NCBI GenBank assembly: GCA_964016885.1
Contig: OZ024740.1
Coordinates: 240,870,001-240,934,000 of the forward strand
Direction of reading: 5' to 3'
DNA length: 64,000 nt
Source: Eledone cirrhosa
Lineage: Eukaryota
This document shows, one piece after another, positions 50,317 through 62,218 of the stretch. Each line of letters starts with the position of its first letter. The stretch's first letter is position 1. Position numbers and translations under genes: made by a program. A model generated the notes under the pieces. It saw nothing but the letters and a program-made list of their open reading frames with translations, did not search any database and was not told the DNA's origin.

Positions 50317-51846
50317 CTATTTGAATTATTTCCACAAAGTAAATAATAATTTTTAACAGAGACACACGGATACATATTTTGTAGGAGGAATATAGTCAAT
50401 TAGATCGATTTCAATACTTAACTGGTATTTATTTATCGAACCCAAAATGATGAAAAGCAATTATTACAGTGGGATTTGAATTCAGAATATAAAGGGACAT
50501 AACTAAGAGCCGCTTTTAATTCGGACATCACCGACCTCTAATAATAATTCTCAACAAAGGCATACGTCAACATAGTATCGAAAAGAACAGATAATTAAAG
50601 CGAACAGTAATTAACTGGTACATTTTATAATCGACCTCCCTAAATACACTCCTAATTAAGATTTGTATTTCAGTTAAAGGCATCGATTTTCGTTTGGCAC
50701 CGATTAATTTTGCATTTTTTAAAATACTTTGTTTTTATTTTTTTTTACTCTTCCCTTTTTATTTTTATATTTTCGCTTACACCCATCTACAAAATATATA
50801 ACTCTCTGTTACTCAACCTGCTATCCAAATTGTTCTTAAATTACACCCCACCGTCGTAAATGAGGAAAGCTATTCAATAATGCAATTCTACGAGGATAGG
50901 GGGTAAAGGGAGAAAGGATGCTAATTATTGGAATATTTGAGCTAGGGATAAATTACAACACGTAGACAATATAAATTTATTTGTAAATAATAGGTAACAT
51001 GCTAAAGAGCAAGTTAACTCTATACCTTAAAATTAAAAAAATTGAACATTTATCAGAAAGATGGCCCTTACTGGCGAACACAGGTACATCGAACGATGGA
51101 AACTACAACAAAACAAACAGTACAATAAATAAAAAATGTGTCATAAAATTCAAAAGAAAGAAAATAGTGAAATAACTTTTAAACATTTATAACATCGAAG
51201 TCAAGCGAAAGTGCAAAAACGTGGAATTGTTCAGATGAAAAGCGAAACGTTCCGAAAACAAACCTGTTAGATGAGGTACAAAATTGAACTAGCGCCCTAA
51301 ACACTTCGACGTATTTTGTCCGACGTTCTACGGACATTTCCCTTTTTCCCACATACCAAGTATAGGCAAATTGCGCAGTGCCTCATGAATGTTAACTGAA
51401 ACTTATTAAAGCAATTAAAGAAACGATTTCGAATTGATTATAAAAATCTAATTTAATGCATGAAAAATTCAGGGTAATAATTCTAGTAAATGGTTAAAAT
51501 TTTGCTGTTCGACGAACATACTTCCCGCTGTCTTTCATGTTCAATGTATATACAAGTGCGTAACTCAATGAAACACATGTGACACTAGGTCAAACCCAGA
51601 ATGAAACAAGCATAAGGTTATATAGAAGCAGAATAAAAACTGCTTACGTTGTATATCATTACGGAGTAAGGATTGCCCGTGTGTGCTACACTACACGTGT
51701 ATTTGCCTCTAATGGGTGAATTAATATTAAGAGATATTTTAATCCGTGTACGTATAGTATAGTAATAATTGTTTCTGCTTTTTTTTCTTTTCTTTTAATA
51801 ATGTGCCCCCTACACACGAACAACCCAATTATATTCAAAACAGAAA

Positions 51847-52145
51847 ATAATTGTTTCTACTATTGGCACAAGGCCAGCAATTACCCAGTACATTACTGGT
51901 ACTTCATTTTATCGACCCCGTAAAGATGAAAGGCAAATTTAACCTCGGCTTGATTTGAACTCAGAATGGCAAGGGCCGTAACTCTATGCGTCAAATCATG
52001 TCGTCCGCCCCTCTACTGATACTGCCAATCCACCAAAATAATTGTTTCTACTTTAGGCACAAGGCCAGCAATTACCCAGTACATTACTGGTACTTTATTT
52101 TATCGACCCCGTAAGGATGAAAGGTAAAGTTAACTTCGGCGGGAT
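51847..52145 (-). mobile_element. Two adjacent Nin-like SINE copies (one full, one partial)
   Basis: 51847-52033 and 52036-52145. Confidence 0.85.
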
Positions 52146-53335
52146 CAAAATAATGTAATCAGAACTTAATCGTAAAAGAAGAAGATTGATTGCATGTTCA
52201 TCATAACATTTTACTGGTTTCACTTATTAAGATATTCAAAGTAAACAAGAAAATGTACTGGAAAAGCTTCCCTTTATCTGATTTTTAAAACAATTATTTG
52301 TAGATAGTCACTTGCGTTGGGATGCACATATTCAAAATTTCAATTTTTTCCAACGCTTCTTAAGTCAACCGCTTTGTTTATAAATAAAGCCTGTCACAAA
52401 CCTCGGGCCTCATCTGGCTGGAGCTTATTCTGGTTTCATTGGCGTTAAGCAACTAAGGCTTTCCCCTGCACAGTGCACTAGACCATTAGCTGATGCTGCT
52501 GGTATACATTTTCAGTTGAGTGGATTGGAGGAACGTAAAATGAATTGTTTTGTTCAAGAACACAATGAGTCACCGATCTAGGAATCGAACCTGCTGCATG
52601 ACAATAGTAAGTCTAACACTCTAACTACAAGGCTATACATACTCACTCTCTCTCTTCCTCTCTCACACACACACACTGATGACTACTAAACAGGAATTTC
52701 TTGGTCGTATATTCCATATGAAGTAGTTTTGGCATGTGTTGATTTTAATTTATGTATTATTGATGTTAATATTAATGCTGGAATATTTTAACATGATATT
52801 TATATACTGTTAGTCATGGAGAGTTAAAAAAATGTTTGGGTGAGGTTGAGTGTAGATTATCTGTGCATTTATATTAGTGTCGGGTTGTACCACGAGAATT
52901 GTTTCAATTATTAATCATCAAATTTTATATTCGGATAGATGTATTGATAACTTGTTTTTTTATGTAGTTTTGTTTTATGTTATATGGAGTGCATTGCAAT
53001 TGCTCCTTGTTTAAGTACACTGGGTCATCACTTGCAACCATGTATGGCATGGTAGTATGCTCACTGCTTTGGCAGAAAGTTTTAGGTGTGCATTGCATGC
53101 AGTTGTGAGCAGACACAGGCATCCTTTCGACCCCACCACTGCCTTTAATCCCATGGACCACCTGGGATGTGACAGTTGGAAGAAAAGACAGCTGCACCAA
53201 CACCAAGCTGAGACATATTTATCGTCTTCGAAAGGAAGGAAGGTAAAGTGGACCTTGATGGGACCATATATCCAATGCTCTAACAACTATGCCAAATCAA
53301 CCACCTCATCTCTTCTCCCCCTCTCTCTCTGTATG

Positions 53336-53369
<34 letters not shown>

Positions 53370-53374
<5 letters not shown>

Positions 53375-53540
53375 TCAGCATTGATTAACGTCCATTTTCC
53401 AGGCTAGCAAGGGTTAGACGGGTTGTCCCATTAGAGGCAAGTTGTTCATACAGAACTGTTTCTGGCTAAGCTTCTACGGCTGGATGCCCTTCTTAACACC
53501 AACCACATTTACAGTGTGTGTTGGGTGCTTTTTGTCGTAT
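53370..53540 (-). mobile_element. RTE-type 3' tail fragment
   Basis: ggctggatgcccttcttaacaccaaccacatttacagtg. Confidence 0.7.
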
Positions 53541-53954
53541 CCATATATAGATATATATCCTCCAGTCCAAAGTGTAAAGTGATTGCTATGAGTAGGGACA
53601 GGCCAGTTGGCCGCGCTGAACCCTTCTCTCAGCGGGACAGCAATTTGGTGCAGCAGCCACATTTGCAGAGTGGAAGCGTATGGCACTGCTATGAGTAAGG
53701 ACAGGCCAGTTGGTTGTGCTGAACCCTTCTCACAGTGGAACCACATTTTGGGAAACTGGAACTGGATGGGAGTGAAGCCATGTTCAACAAAACAGCTCAC
53801 TGGAAGGTGTCAATCAGGGGTGGGTGAGAGGGATGCAGAGACAATATAGCCAAGTCTGGGTTTTACATCGAGGGAGACATCAGAAGCATTGAAAAGCATT
53901 AAAAACATTGAAATAATTGAAAATAGAGGGAGAGAAGTGTTAAAAAACATAGAC

Positions 53955-54098
53955 AGTGTCTTTCATTAGAAATATGGTAATGAAAGGGTTAAACAACATA
54001 TGTAGTGTCTTTCATTAGAAATATGGTAATGAAAGGGTTAAACAACATATGTAGTGTCTTTCATTAGAAATATGGTAATGAAAGGGTTAAACAACATA
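53955..54098. repeat. 49-bp tandem repeat x3 containing a hairpin and an aaagggttaa terminus
   Basis: agtgtctttcattagaaatatggtaatgaaagggttaaacaacatatgt. Confidence 0.9.
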
Positions 54099-54694
54099 GA
54101 ATAAGTGAAGACTGGAGATAAATTAATGAAGCATGCTTCAATGTGTGTGAACAACAAAGCATGGTATAAGAGGAATCAGAAGTAGCATGCAGGAGAGAAA
54201 GAAGACTGTACTGGTATGGACATGTGGTGCATATAGATGATAATTGTTGAGTGAAGAAGTGTCATGAAAACCCAGTGGAAGGAAACTGCAGTAGAAGAAG
54301 ACATGGGCATAAGTTGAGAGCTAATCTTGAACTGTTGATGCTCACAAGTTCACAGAAAAGATAATGAAAGAACACAATGACTGAACGGACACTGTGCTAG
54401 TAAGGACTCGTCCAACTCATACCGGATTGGTATCTGATGTTTATTTTTATGTGTCATCAATACTTACTACTTGTACCTTGGGTACTTCATATAACTCATA
54501 CGTGCTGTCTTGATTCTCAACAAGGTTCCGAGTAATCTCTAATGGTATATCTGTGTAAAGACTAGCGTCCGAAATGTTAGGACCCTCTTCCTGCTATGTC
54601 AAGCATTAACCTAATATATCCCTTCCATATACTGATTGTGTTGTTTTTCTGTTTACCTTTTACATACATATACATATATACATATATATATATA

Positions 54695-55073
54695 TCATCA
54701 TCATTTTACATCCGCTTTTCCCTGCTTGCAAGGGTGGGATGGGAACTGATTCTGGCTTGATTTCTACAGGTGGATGCCCTTCCTAACACCAACCTTATTT
54801 ACAGTGAGTGGCGGGTGCTTTTTTTCCGTGGTGCCTACACGTCCACTTTACAGTGTGGGCTGGGTGCTTTTTTGCCATGGCACCTCCACGACCACTTTGC
54901 AGTGGAATGATAGGGACACCAGTCATCATCTAATTTCTACAGCTGAGTAAACTGAAACGATGTGAAATAAAGTGTCTTGCTCAAGGAAACAACACATCAC
55001 CCGGTGTGAGAATTGAACTCACAGCCTTTCGATTGCAAGGCCAATGCTATAACTACTAAGCCATGGGCCTCCA
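54695..55073 (-). mobile_element. tRNA/CORE-like SINE with RTE tail
   Basis: Reverse complement of the 11581 family. Confidence 0.85.
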
Positions 55074-55084
55074 TATATATATAT

Positions 55085-55211
55085 GTAAGACCCCGCCGGC
55101 TGAGCTCAAGCCGTCGGGGTCTTACTGGTTCCTATTACCTACTCTACTAACCTAAGTATTGAGTACTTTGGTGTATTATGGTCCACCTGGTTCCTTACCA
55201 CATTTCCTTCG

Positions 55212-55213
<2 letters not shown>
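55085..55213 (-). mobile_element. ~130-bp (TA)n-embedded element with terminal hairpin
   Basis: gtaagacccc..ggggtcttac hairpin at 55085-55125; related to 5375-5473. Confidence 0.65.
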
Positions 55214-55248
<35 letters not shown>

Positions 55249-55326
55249 CATACATACGTACATACATACATACGTACGTACATACATACATACATACATA
55301 CATGCATACATACATACATACATACA

Positions 55327-55359
<33 letters not shown>

Positions 55360-55377
55360 GTATATATATATATATAT

Positions 55378-57539
55378 TGCGAGGCAGTGTGTCAGAGATA
55401 GTTGTGATGTCATTGGAGAGAAGTGTATCCGGAATGATAAAGGTGAGCTTGCCCTCACAAGTGCTGAGAAGAAAGATGCATGGAAGAGTCATTATGATAG
55501 ATTACTAAATGAGGAGAATGCATGGGAAGAAGAGACCCTACCCCAAGTAGACCCTATAGAGGGACCAGCAGTACAAGTCAGCGACAGCGTAGTAAGTAAG
55601 GCAATCAAAGATATGAAGATGGGGAAGGCAACCGGTCCATCGGGTATAGCTGCCGAGATGCTGAAGGCATCTGGGTCTGTAGGTCACACTATAACCACAC
55701 GTATCGTTAACCAGGTAATACTAGAAGGGGCCATACCAAAAGATTGGTGCAGTAGCATCATTGTCAACTGCTACAAAGGTAAAGGCGATGCACTAGATAG
55801 AGGAAACTATAGAGGTATTAAGTTGATGGACCAGGTCATGAAAGTAACAGAAAGAGTTATAGCACAGCTGATTAGGGACCGGGTGAAAATAGACGAGATG
55901 CAATTTGGGTTTGTACCAGGAAGAGGCACCACTGATGCCCTCTTCCTTGTGAGGCAATTACAGGAAAAGTACCTAGCTAAAAGTAAGCCACTCTATTTGG
56001 CATTTGTCGACCTTGAGAAAGCCTTTGACAGAGTTCCACGTGCTGTAATCTGGTGGGCTCTTAGAAAACTAGGAGTAGATGAATGGCTTGTGAAAGCGGT
56101 ACAAGCCATGTATAGGGGAGCAGTCAGCAAAGTTAGGATTAGCAATGAGTATAGCGAGGAATTTAGCGTACAGGTTGGGGTCCACCAGGGCTCTGTTCTT
56201 AGCCCTCTCCTGTTCATCATAGTCCTGCAGGCAATAACGGAGGAGTTTAAGATCGGATGCCCATGGGAACTCCTGTATGCTGATGACCTCGCACTCATAG
56301 CTGAATCTATGATAGAACTAGAGAATAAATTCCAAACCTGGAAGCAGGGACTAGAAAGAAAGGGTCTCAAAGTCAACATGACAAAGACTAAGGTCCTTGT
56401 AAGTAGACGAGAAAACAGAACTCAGATCCCCTCAGGGAAATGGCCTTGCTCAGTATGTAGGAAAGGTGTAGGTAGGAACTCCATTCTCTGCTCCAAATGC
56501 AAACAATGGGTACACAAGAGATGTAGCGGGATCTCAGGAAGCTTAATTAAGAATGTAGGATTCGCATGCAGCAGCTGTGCTGAGACAGCAAACAGCAAAC
56601 AGCCACAGGAAACAAGTACCACCAATCTCTGGGAGGGCCCTGTAGAAACAGTAGACAGCTTCTGCTACCTAGGTGACCGAATTAGCAACAGAGGTGGGTG
56701 TTCAGAAAGTGCAATAACTAGGGTAAGAACGGGATGGAAGAAGTTTAGGGAACTACTACCACTGCTAGCTGCAAAAGGCTTCTCCCTCAGAATGAAAGGC
56801 AGACTGTATGATGAGTGTATCCGAACAGCGATGTTGCATGGTAGTGAGACCTGGGCGCTGAAGGTGGAAGACTTACGTAGATTAGAGAGAAACGAAGCCT
56901 GCATGCTCCGATGGATGTGTAACAGTAATATACGTGAACGACAAAGCATAAATGAATTGAGAGAGAGACTGAGCATAAGAGGAATCAAATGCTGTGTGCA
57001 GGAGAGGCGGTTGCGCTGGTATGGACATGTGATGCGTATGAAGGATGACAGCTGCATAAAAAGGTGCAGAACACTAGAAGTTGATGGAAACCGCGGAGTG
57101 GGGAGACCCAAGATGACCTGGGATGAGGTGATAAAAGCCGACCTTACCCAATTACACCTCTCAAAGACAATGACACACGACTGTGACTTCTGGCGTCACG
57201 CAGTAATACAGAGTACCCGACCTCCCATGGGTACAATCTGAAGCATATAGACAATATGCCGCCACACCCCCCACCGCAAGGTGGTCGTGGAGGTGCCACA
57301 GCAAAAAAGCACCCAGCCCACACTGTAAAGTGGACGTGTAGGCGCCACGAAAAAGCACCCAGCACTCACTGTAAATGAGGTTGGTGTTAGGAAGGGCATC
57401 CAGCTGTAGAAATCAAGCCAAATCAGTTTCTGTATGAGCAAGGCATGGTCAGCCGACCAGACACTGCCCACAACATGACAACCCGTCTAACCCATGCTAG
57501 CGTGGAAGAACGGACGTAAAACGGTGATGATGATGATGA

Positions 57540-57541
<2 letters not shown>
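55378..57541 (+). mobile_element. RTE-clade LINE with uninterrupted RT-to-stop frame (55378-57241), lacking the endonuclease domain
   Basis: Full RT motif set including YADD, a Cys/His cluster, 3' UTR and (GAT)n tail. The ORF-track N-terminus is microsatellite read-through. Confidence 0.97.
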
Positions 57542-57587
<46 letters not shown>

Positions 57588-57625
57588 AAGAACACAAGAG
57601 CGTCTACAACATCAAAAGATTTTTA

Positions 57626-57677
57626 TTGGCTAACAATGTTTCTTCCTTACGTGTAACCGTAGGATTCATCAGAGCTA
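57626..57677 (-). ncRNA. Minimal type I hammerhead ribozyme motif (intact core)
   Basis: Minus strand: tagct CTGATGA atcctacg gttaca cgtaaggaa GAAA cattg TT agcca. Confidence 0.7.
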
Positions 57678-58339
57678 TAAAAGGGGTTTGATTGGTGTTA
57701 TGGACTCTACCAACCAAACACCCAAGAACAAAGAGTAAAGAGCAAACGTAGGGGACGATAAGTCTAATTTTGGTGCGGGAGGGTGGGGTGTTGGTCCTTG
57801 TTTACTAGCTGCGGTCATATTCATTCCCGGGGGTCGGGTGGTTAGCTGAACCATAGATGGGGTGGCGTGGATAGTATGGTGCAGAGGGTGCGCAGAGGCT
57901 ACACAAACACAAAGGGCGTAGAATACATATATACATATAGCGGAGGAGAAGGTACATGAGGTAATTAGAAATGGAAAAAGAGTAATAATAATAATCTATA
58001 ATTAATAGTGTATAATAAGGCATGGGGAAGATTACACTATAATAAGGTATAAAGGTAAGAATAAGGTAAAATATAAAGGAGGATAAAAGTGGAAATAATA
58101 ATAAAGATAAAAAATATATAGAGAATATATAAGGAAATATAAGCGAATATTTGGAGGGGAAAACACAACGTAAAAAAAACGATTTTTTTCAAACAATAAT
58201 AAAAAATAATAAAAATATAATAATTATGGGGGGAGAAAACAGGATAGAGAAATATGATCAAGTGTGATTCGTTGAGAGAATATAGGATGATAACAGTTGT
58301 GTCTGGTTTATACATCTTAATAATAAATAATAAACAATA

Positions 58340-58700
58340 TGTGTATCAGAGTTGCAGAACCTTCAATTCACTTACGGGTTCAAGCCACGTGGCATGGTCC
58401 ATTGTTTATCTGTGCGGTCATGTGCGTTTGTTTTTGACACCACAGCAGATGCACAAGTTTGTAAATTCCAATGCAGATAGAAGTCAATTTTTGCTCACCC
58501 GGACATTGACCGAGGATCCAATATTCCTAGTTCAATATGTGTTTGGTGTTATTTTGTTCGCACAAATCAATCAATTGGTTCAATATATGGAGTATGGTTT
58601 CCTGGTCTTCGTGACAGTGTCAGTGGTTGTATATTTGGAAGTCACAAGGATCACAGTACTCCGGTTTGGTGTGATACCCAAACGTTGAACTTTGGTGTCG
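58340..58700 (-). mobile_element. Possible L1/Tx1-like ORF2 C-terminal (zinc-knuckle) remnant
   Basis: HCHEDQETILHIL...YWILG...IYKLVHLLW, with stops. Confidence 0.3.
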
Positions 58701-58805
58701 ATAGGACATCAACGATATTATATATATATATATATATCATCATCAACGTTTAACGTCCGTGTTCCACGCTTGCATGGGTTTGGACGGGAGTAGTCCCACT
58801 TGAGG

Positions 58806-58867
<62 letters not shown>

Positions 58868-58869
<2 letters not shown>

Positions 58870-58964
58870 GGAGGCGCATGGCTTCGTGGTTAGAGCATTG
58901 GCCTTGCAATCGAAAGGTTGTGAGTTAAATTCTCAGACCGGGTGATGTGTTGTTTCCTTGAGCA
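58868..58964 (+). mobile_element. Head of tRNA/CORE-like SINE, cut by (TA)n
   Basis: Matches 11581-11675. Confidence 0.85.
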
Positions 58965-58981
58965 TATATATATATATATTA

Positions 58982-59260
58982 TAAAGAGTCGGGATCTGAC
59001 AACTGAGCTCTTCCCATGTCAACAGCTAGTTCCATACTGTGAACTAGTTGTTGAAATGGCAAGAGCTTAGCTGTTGGAGTCCTGAGCCATTATAATATGA
59101 ACAAACCTTGAAAACTACTATTCCAAATTGCAAAGTCAATGGATATGAACACAACTTGAAAACCTGAGTCATTATAATATAACCGCACTTACTAGTCCAA
59201 GTATTGAGTAGTCTGTTGAGTAATGGTCTAACCAGTTTCAAACTGATTCCCTCCTGATTA
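58982..59260 (+). mobile_element. ~280-bp (TA)n-embedded element with long hairpin, copy 1
   Basis: Near-identical inverted copy at 60800-61078. Confidence 0.8.
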
Positions 59261-59272
59261 CATATATATGTT

Positions 59273-59307
<35 letters not shown>

Positions 59308-59310
<3 letters not shown>

Positions 59311-59917
59311 GTCAGGTCACCAGTTGGTGCTACTGGTAACATGTATCCCAGTACAACCTGTCCCATGGTCGGGTCGTTGGCGACTAAACTGGCAACCCCA
59401 CCAAGGTTTCTTGGTGAGGAGGGTGACTTTGGACATCCTGCAGGACTAAAAACAAAACCTGTCAAAGGGCAAAGGAACTCTTAAGAGTCAATGGCCATCC
59501 AAAATCACCGGGAGAGATGACCCCTTAGCCTTTGTCAAGGCAGAATTCTAGGAGAAGGAAAACTCTGATATAACACCTGCAACCCTGATGGTATCCAATG
59601 ATGTTGACTTGTTCTTCTTTTTGGTAAATATCATCTTGGTTAAGAGAGTGGGACTGGCTTTGTGCAGTGCCTTTGCTCACTATAAAAGCTTCACGGCACA
59701 GGCATTGCTTTGTATCTGGAGATCTCTCTGAACTTGTCGTCACATGGTACCATGGGCCCAGCACTATGTGACAATAATTGTCACAAGTGTAGTGTTTGTA
59801 CCAGAGTTTTCAAGTCACTGGCTGAGACTAAAAAGTCACACTCGTTCAGCGCATCAGTAGGGGTTCTCCTACATGGATATAAAGTAGTGGCCGTACTCGA
59901 AAACGAGTTGGCAGCCA

Positions 59918-59920
<3 letters not shown>
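59308..59920 (+). mobile_element. Short non-autonomous RTE-derived element retaining one zinc-finger remnant
   Basis: Homologous to 2735-3272; CSVCTRVFKSLA...H. Confidence 0.6.
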
Positions 59921-59953
<33 letters not shown>

Positions 59954-59983
59954 ATGAGAAGAATATACATATATATATACATA

Positions 59984-60741
59984 TCATCATCATCATCATC
60001 ATCATCGTTTAACGTCCATGTTCCACGCTTGCATGGGTTTGGACGGGAGTTTTTGAGTGGTTGTCTTGCTCGCATAGGACTGTCTGGCGGGTTTTCTACA
60101 GCTGGTTGCCCTTCCTAACACCAACCACATTTACAGTGTGGGACTGGGAGGTTTTTACCGTGTTACCTACACGGCCACATTACAGCGTGGACTGTTTGTT
60201 TTTTTGTCGTGACACCTACACGATCTCATTTGTTTCGGACTGGATGTTGTGGTACCAACATAACTTTACATTGAAAGGGGTGGTGGGACGGGGGTGTATT
60301 TTGTTAGAGATGCCTACTGACTGTAGTAGGTTTACTTTGTATTTAGGCAAGGCGGGTCTTCTCTATTACTGAGTGCCGCCAAAGATCTCGGTCCAGTGAC
60401 ATTGTCTTGGAGAGGTGTAAGCGTGTGAGGTCGGAGTTTAGCAAGTCATCCCAGGTTTTTCTGGGTCTGCCTACTCCGTGGCTACCGTCTATCTTTATTG
60501 CCCTGCACTTTATTATACAGCTGTCGTCTTTCATGCGCATCACGTGACCATACCAACATAGTCTTCTCTCGAGTAAACAACATCTGATCCCTCTTATTTC
60601 TAATTTTTCCCTTAGTTCGTTTATGCTTTGCCGTTCGCGTATATTACTATTACACATCCAGCGGAGCATGCAAGCTTCGTTCCTCTCTAGTCTGCGTATA
60701 TCCTCTGCACACAATGCCCAGGTCTCACTGCCATGCAACAT
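59984..60741 (-). mobile_element. RTE LINE, 3' portion of the element split by an insertion
   Basis: [10 protein letters not shown]...GRPRKTW; 3' UTR and (GAT)n. Confidence 0.92.
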
Positions 60742-60749
60742 ACATATAC

Positions 60750-60780
<31 letters not shown>

Positions 60781-60799
60781 CATACATACATATATATAT

Positions 60800-61074
60800 A
60801 ATCAGGAGGGAATCAGTTTGAAACTGGTTAGACCATTACTCAACAGACTACTCAATACTTGGACTAGTAAGTGCGGTTATATTATAATGACTCAGGTTTT
60901 CAAGCTGTGTTCATATCCATTGACTTTGCAATTTGGAATAGTAGTTTTCAAGGTTTGTTCATATTATAATGACTCAGGACTCCAACAGCTGAGCTCTTGC
61001 CATTTCAACAACTAGTTCACAGTATGGAACTAGCTGTTGACATGGGAAGAGCTCAGTTGTCAGATCCCGACTCT

Positions 61075-61078
<4 letters not shown>
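60800..61078 (-). mobile_element. ~280-bp (TA)n-embedded element, copy 2
   Basis: Reverse complement of 58982-59260. Confidence 0.8.
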
Positions 61079-61115
<37 letters not shown>

Positions 61116-61662
61116 ACATATATCATTATATTTGGGGAGGGATTGTTATAATATTGCCAGAAATAATAATAAAACAGACTCACTGTTTGGTTTAACAAAA
61201 AACAGTGTCTTTCAGCTTGGCATAAGCTAGTGCCATGAAAATATAATAGTAAATATAGATTAATGTAAATGTTAAAGGGTTAACTCTCTCAGAACAGTAA
61301 CTTCTTTCTCCTTTCACATTTAAACAATATGATAAAAGTTTTTGAAAAAACATAAAACAAAAAAAAAGAAGAATGATATATGACTTTAACTTATACATAT
61401 AAGGATGTCTTTTTACCAAATCACACACACAAAAGAAAACAAACAATGAATAACTACTCATGAAAGAAGGAATATATATATAGATAAGTGCTTACCAGAG
61501 AATAGACTCAATGGTATCCTTGGATTCACATAACATAAGTATCTAAGTGGGGGGAATATGGTATATAGGTCCAGAAGAGATCACAGAGTATATTTTATAA
61601 GTAAGTATAGCACCAAGAAAAATATAGACTTTGGCAAGAGGAGATAGTAATAATTGATTTGT

Positions 61663-61769
61663 TTTAACATATGTTTCTGTGTCGATTATAATAGTCTACA
61701 TATGCTGACTACAATATATATTGTTCAATCATATGAAATACTTAATTATTTTTCACACATCTTCAGAAA
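61663..61769 (-). ncRNA. Type I hammerhead ribozyme motif with intact core, palindromic stem III and long loop 2
   Basis: Minus strand: ttt CTGAAGA tgtgt..(~73 nt)..acaca GAAA catatg TT aaa. Confidence 0.75.
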
Positions 61770-62218
61770 GCTTAAAAATGATTGTGGTAGTATCCTTTTC
61801 ACATGGCGTAGAATTCAGGAATGAGTTGTTTAGTAAAATAAAATAAAATGAGAATAAATCAAATGAAAATAAAATAAAATAAAATATAGTAAGTTAGACT
61901 GAAAAGAAGAGAAAGCTAGGAAGAGAGGGGATGGGTGAGGAGTTTTTCACAATCATTTTATGTAGTGTGATGTGGAACAATTTGTTTTTGACCATTGATA
62001 TGGGTGAACGTTTCAGTGTTCGCCATATATGATCAAGAGGGCAGAGAGGGGAGAGAGAAAAGGACAGCCAAGGAAAGGGTGAACATTAAGAATATGTTAG
62101 AAAGTAGGAAGATTTTGAAGACTATTGAATTCATTGGGTGCAATGTGAAAAGTTATATATATATATATAGTATGGTTATATAGGGTCCTGACTCATATAT
62201 GTATGTATATATATATAT

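Noticed and set aside
55178-55377. YIHT/IY-repeat N-terminus of the 687-aa ORF, and other IYIY ORFs
   Set aside because: Translation of (TA)n and (TACA)n microsatellites.
58982-61078. Composite transposon with 280-bp TIRs
   Set aside because: The right copy lies inside an insertion that interrupts an RTE whose other half is outside the pair, so independent insertions fit better.
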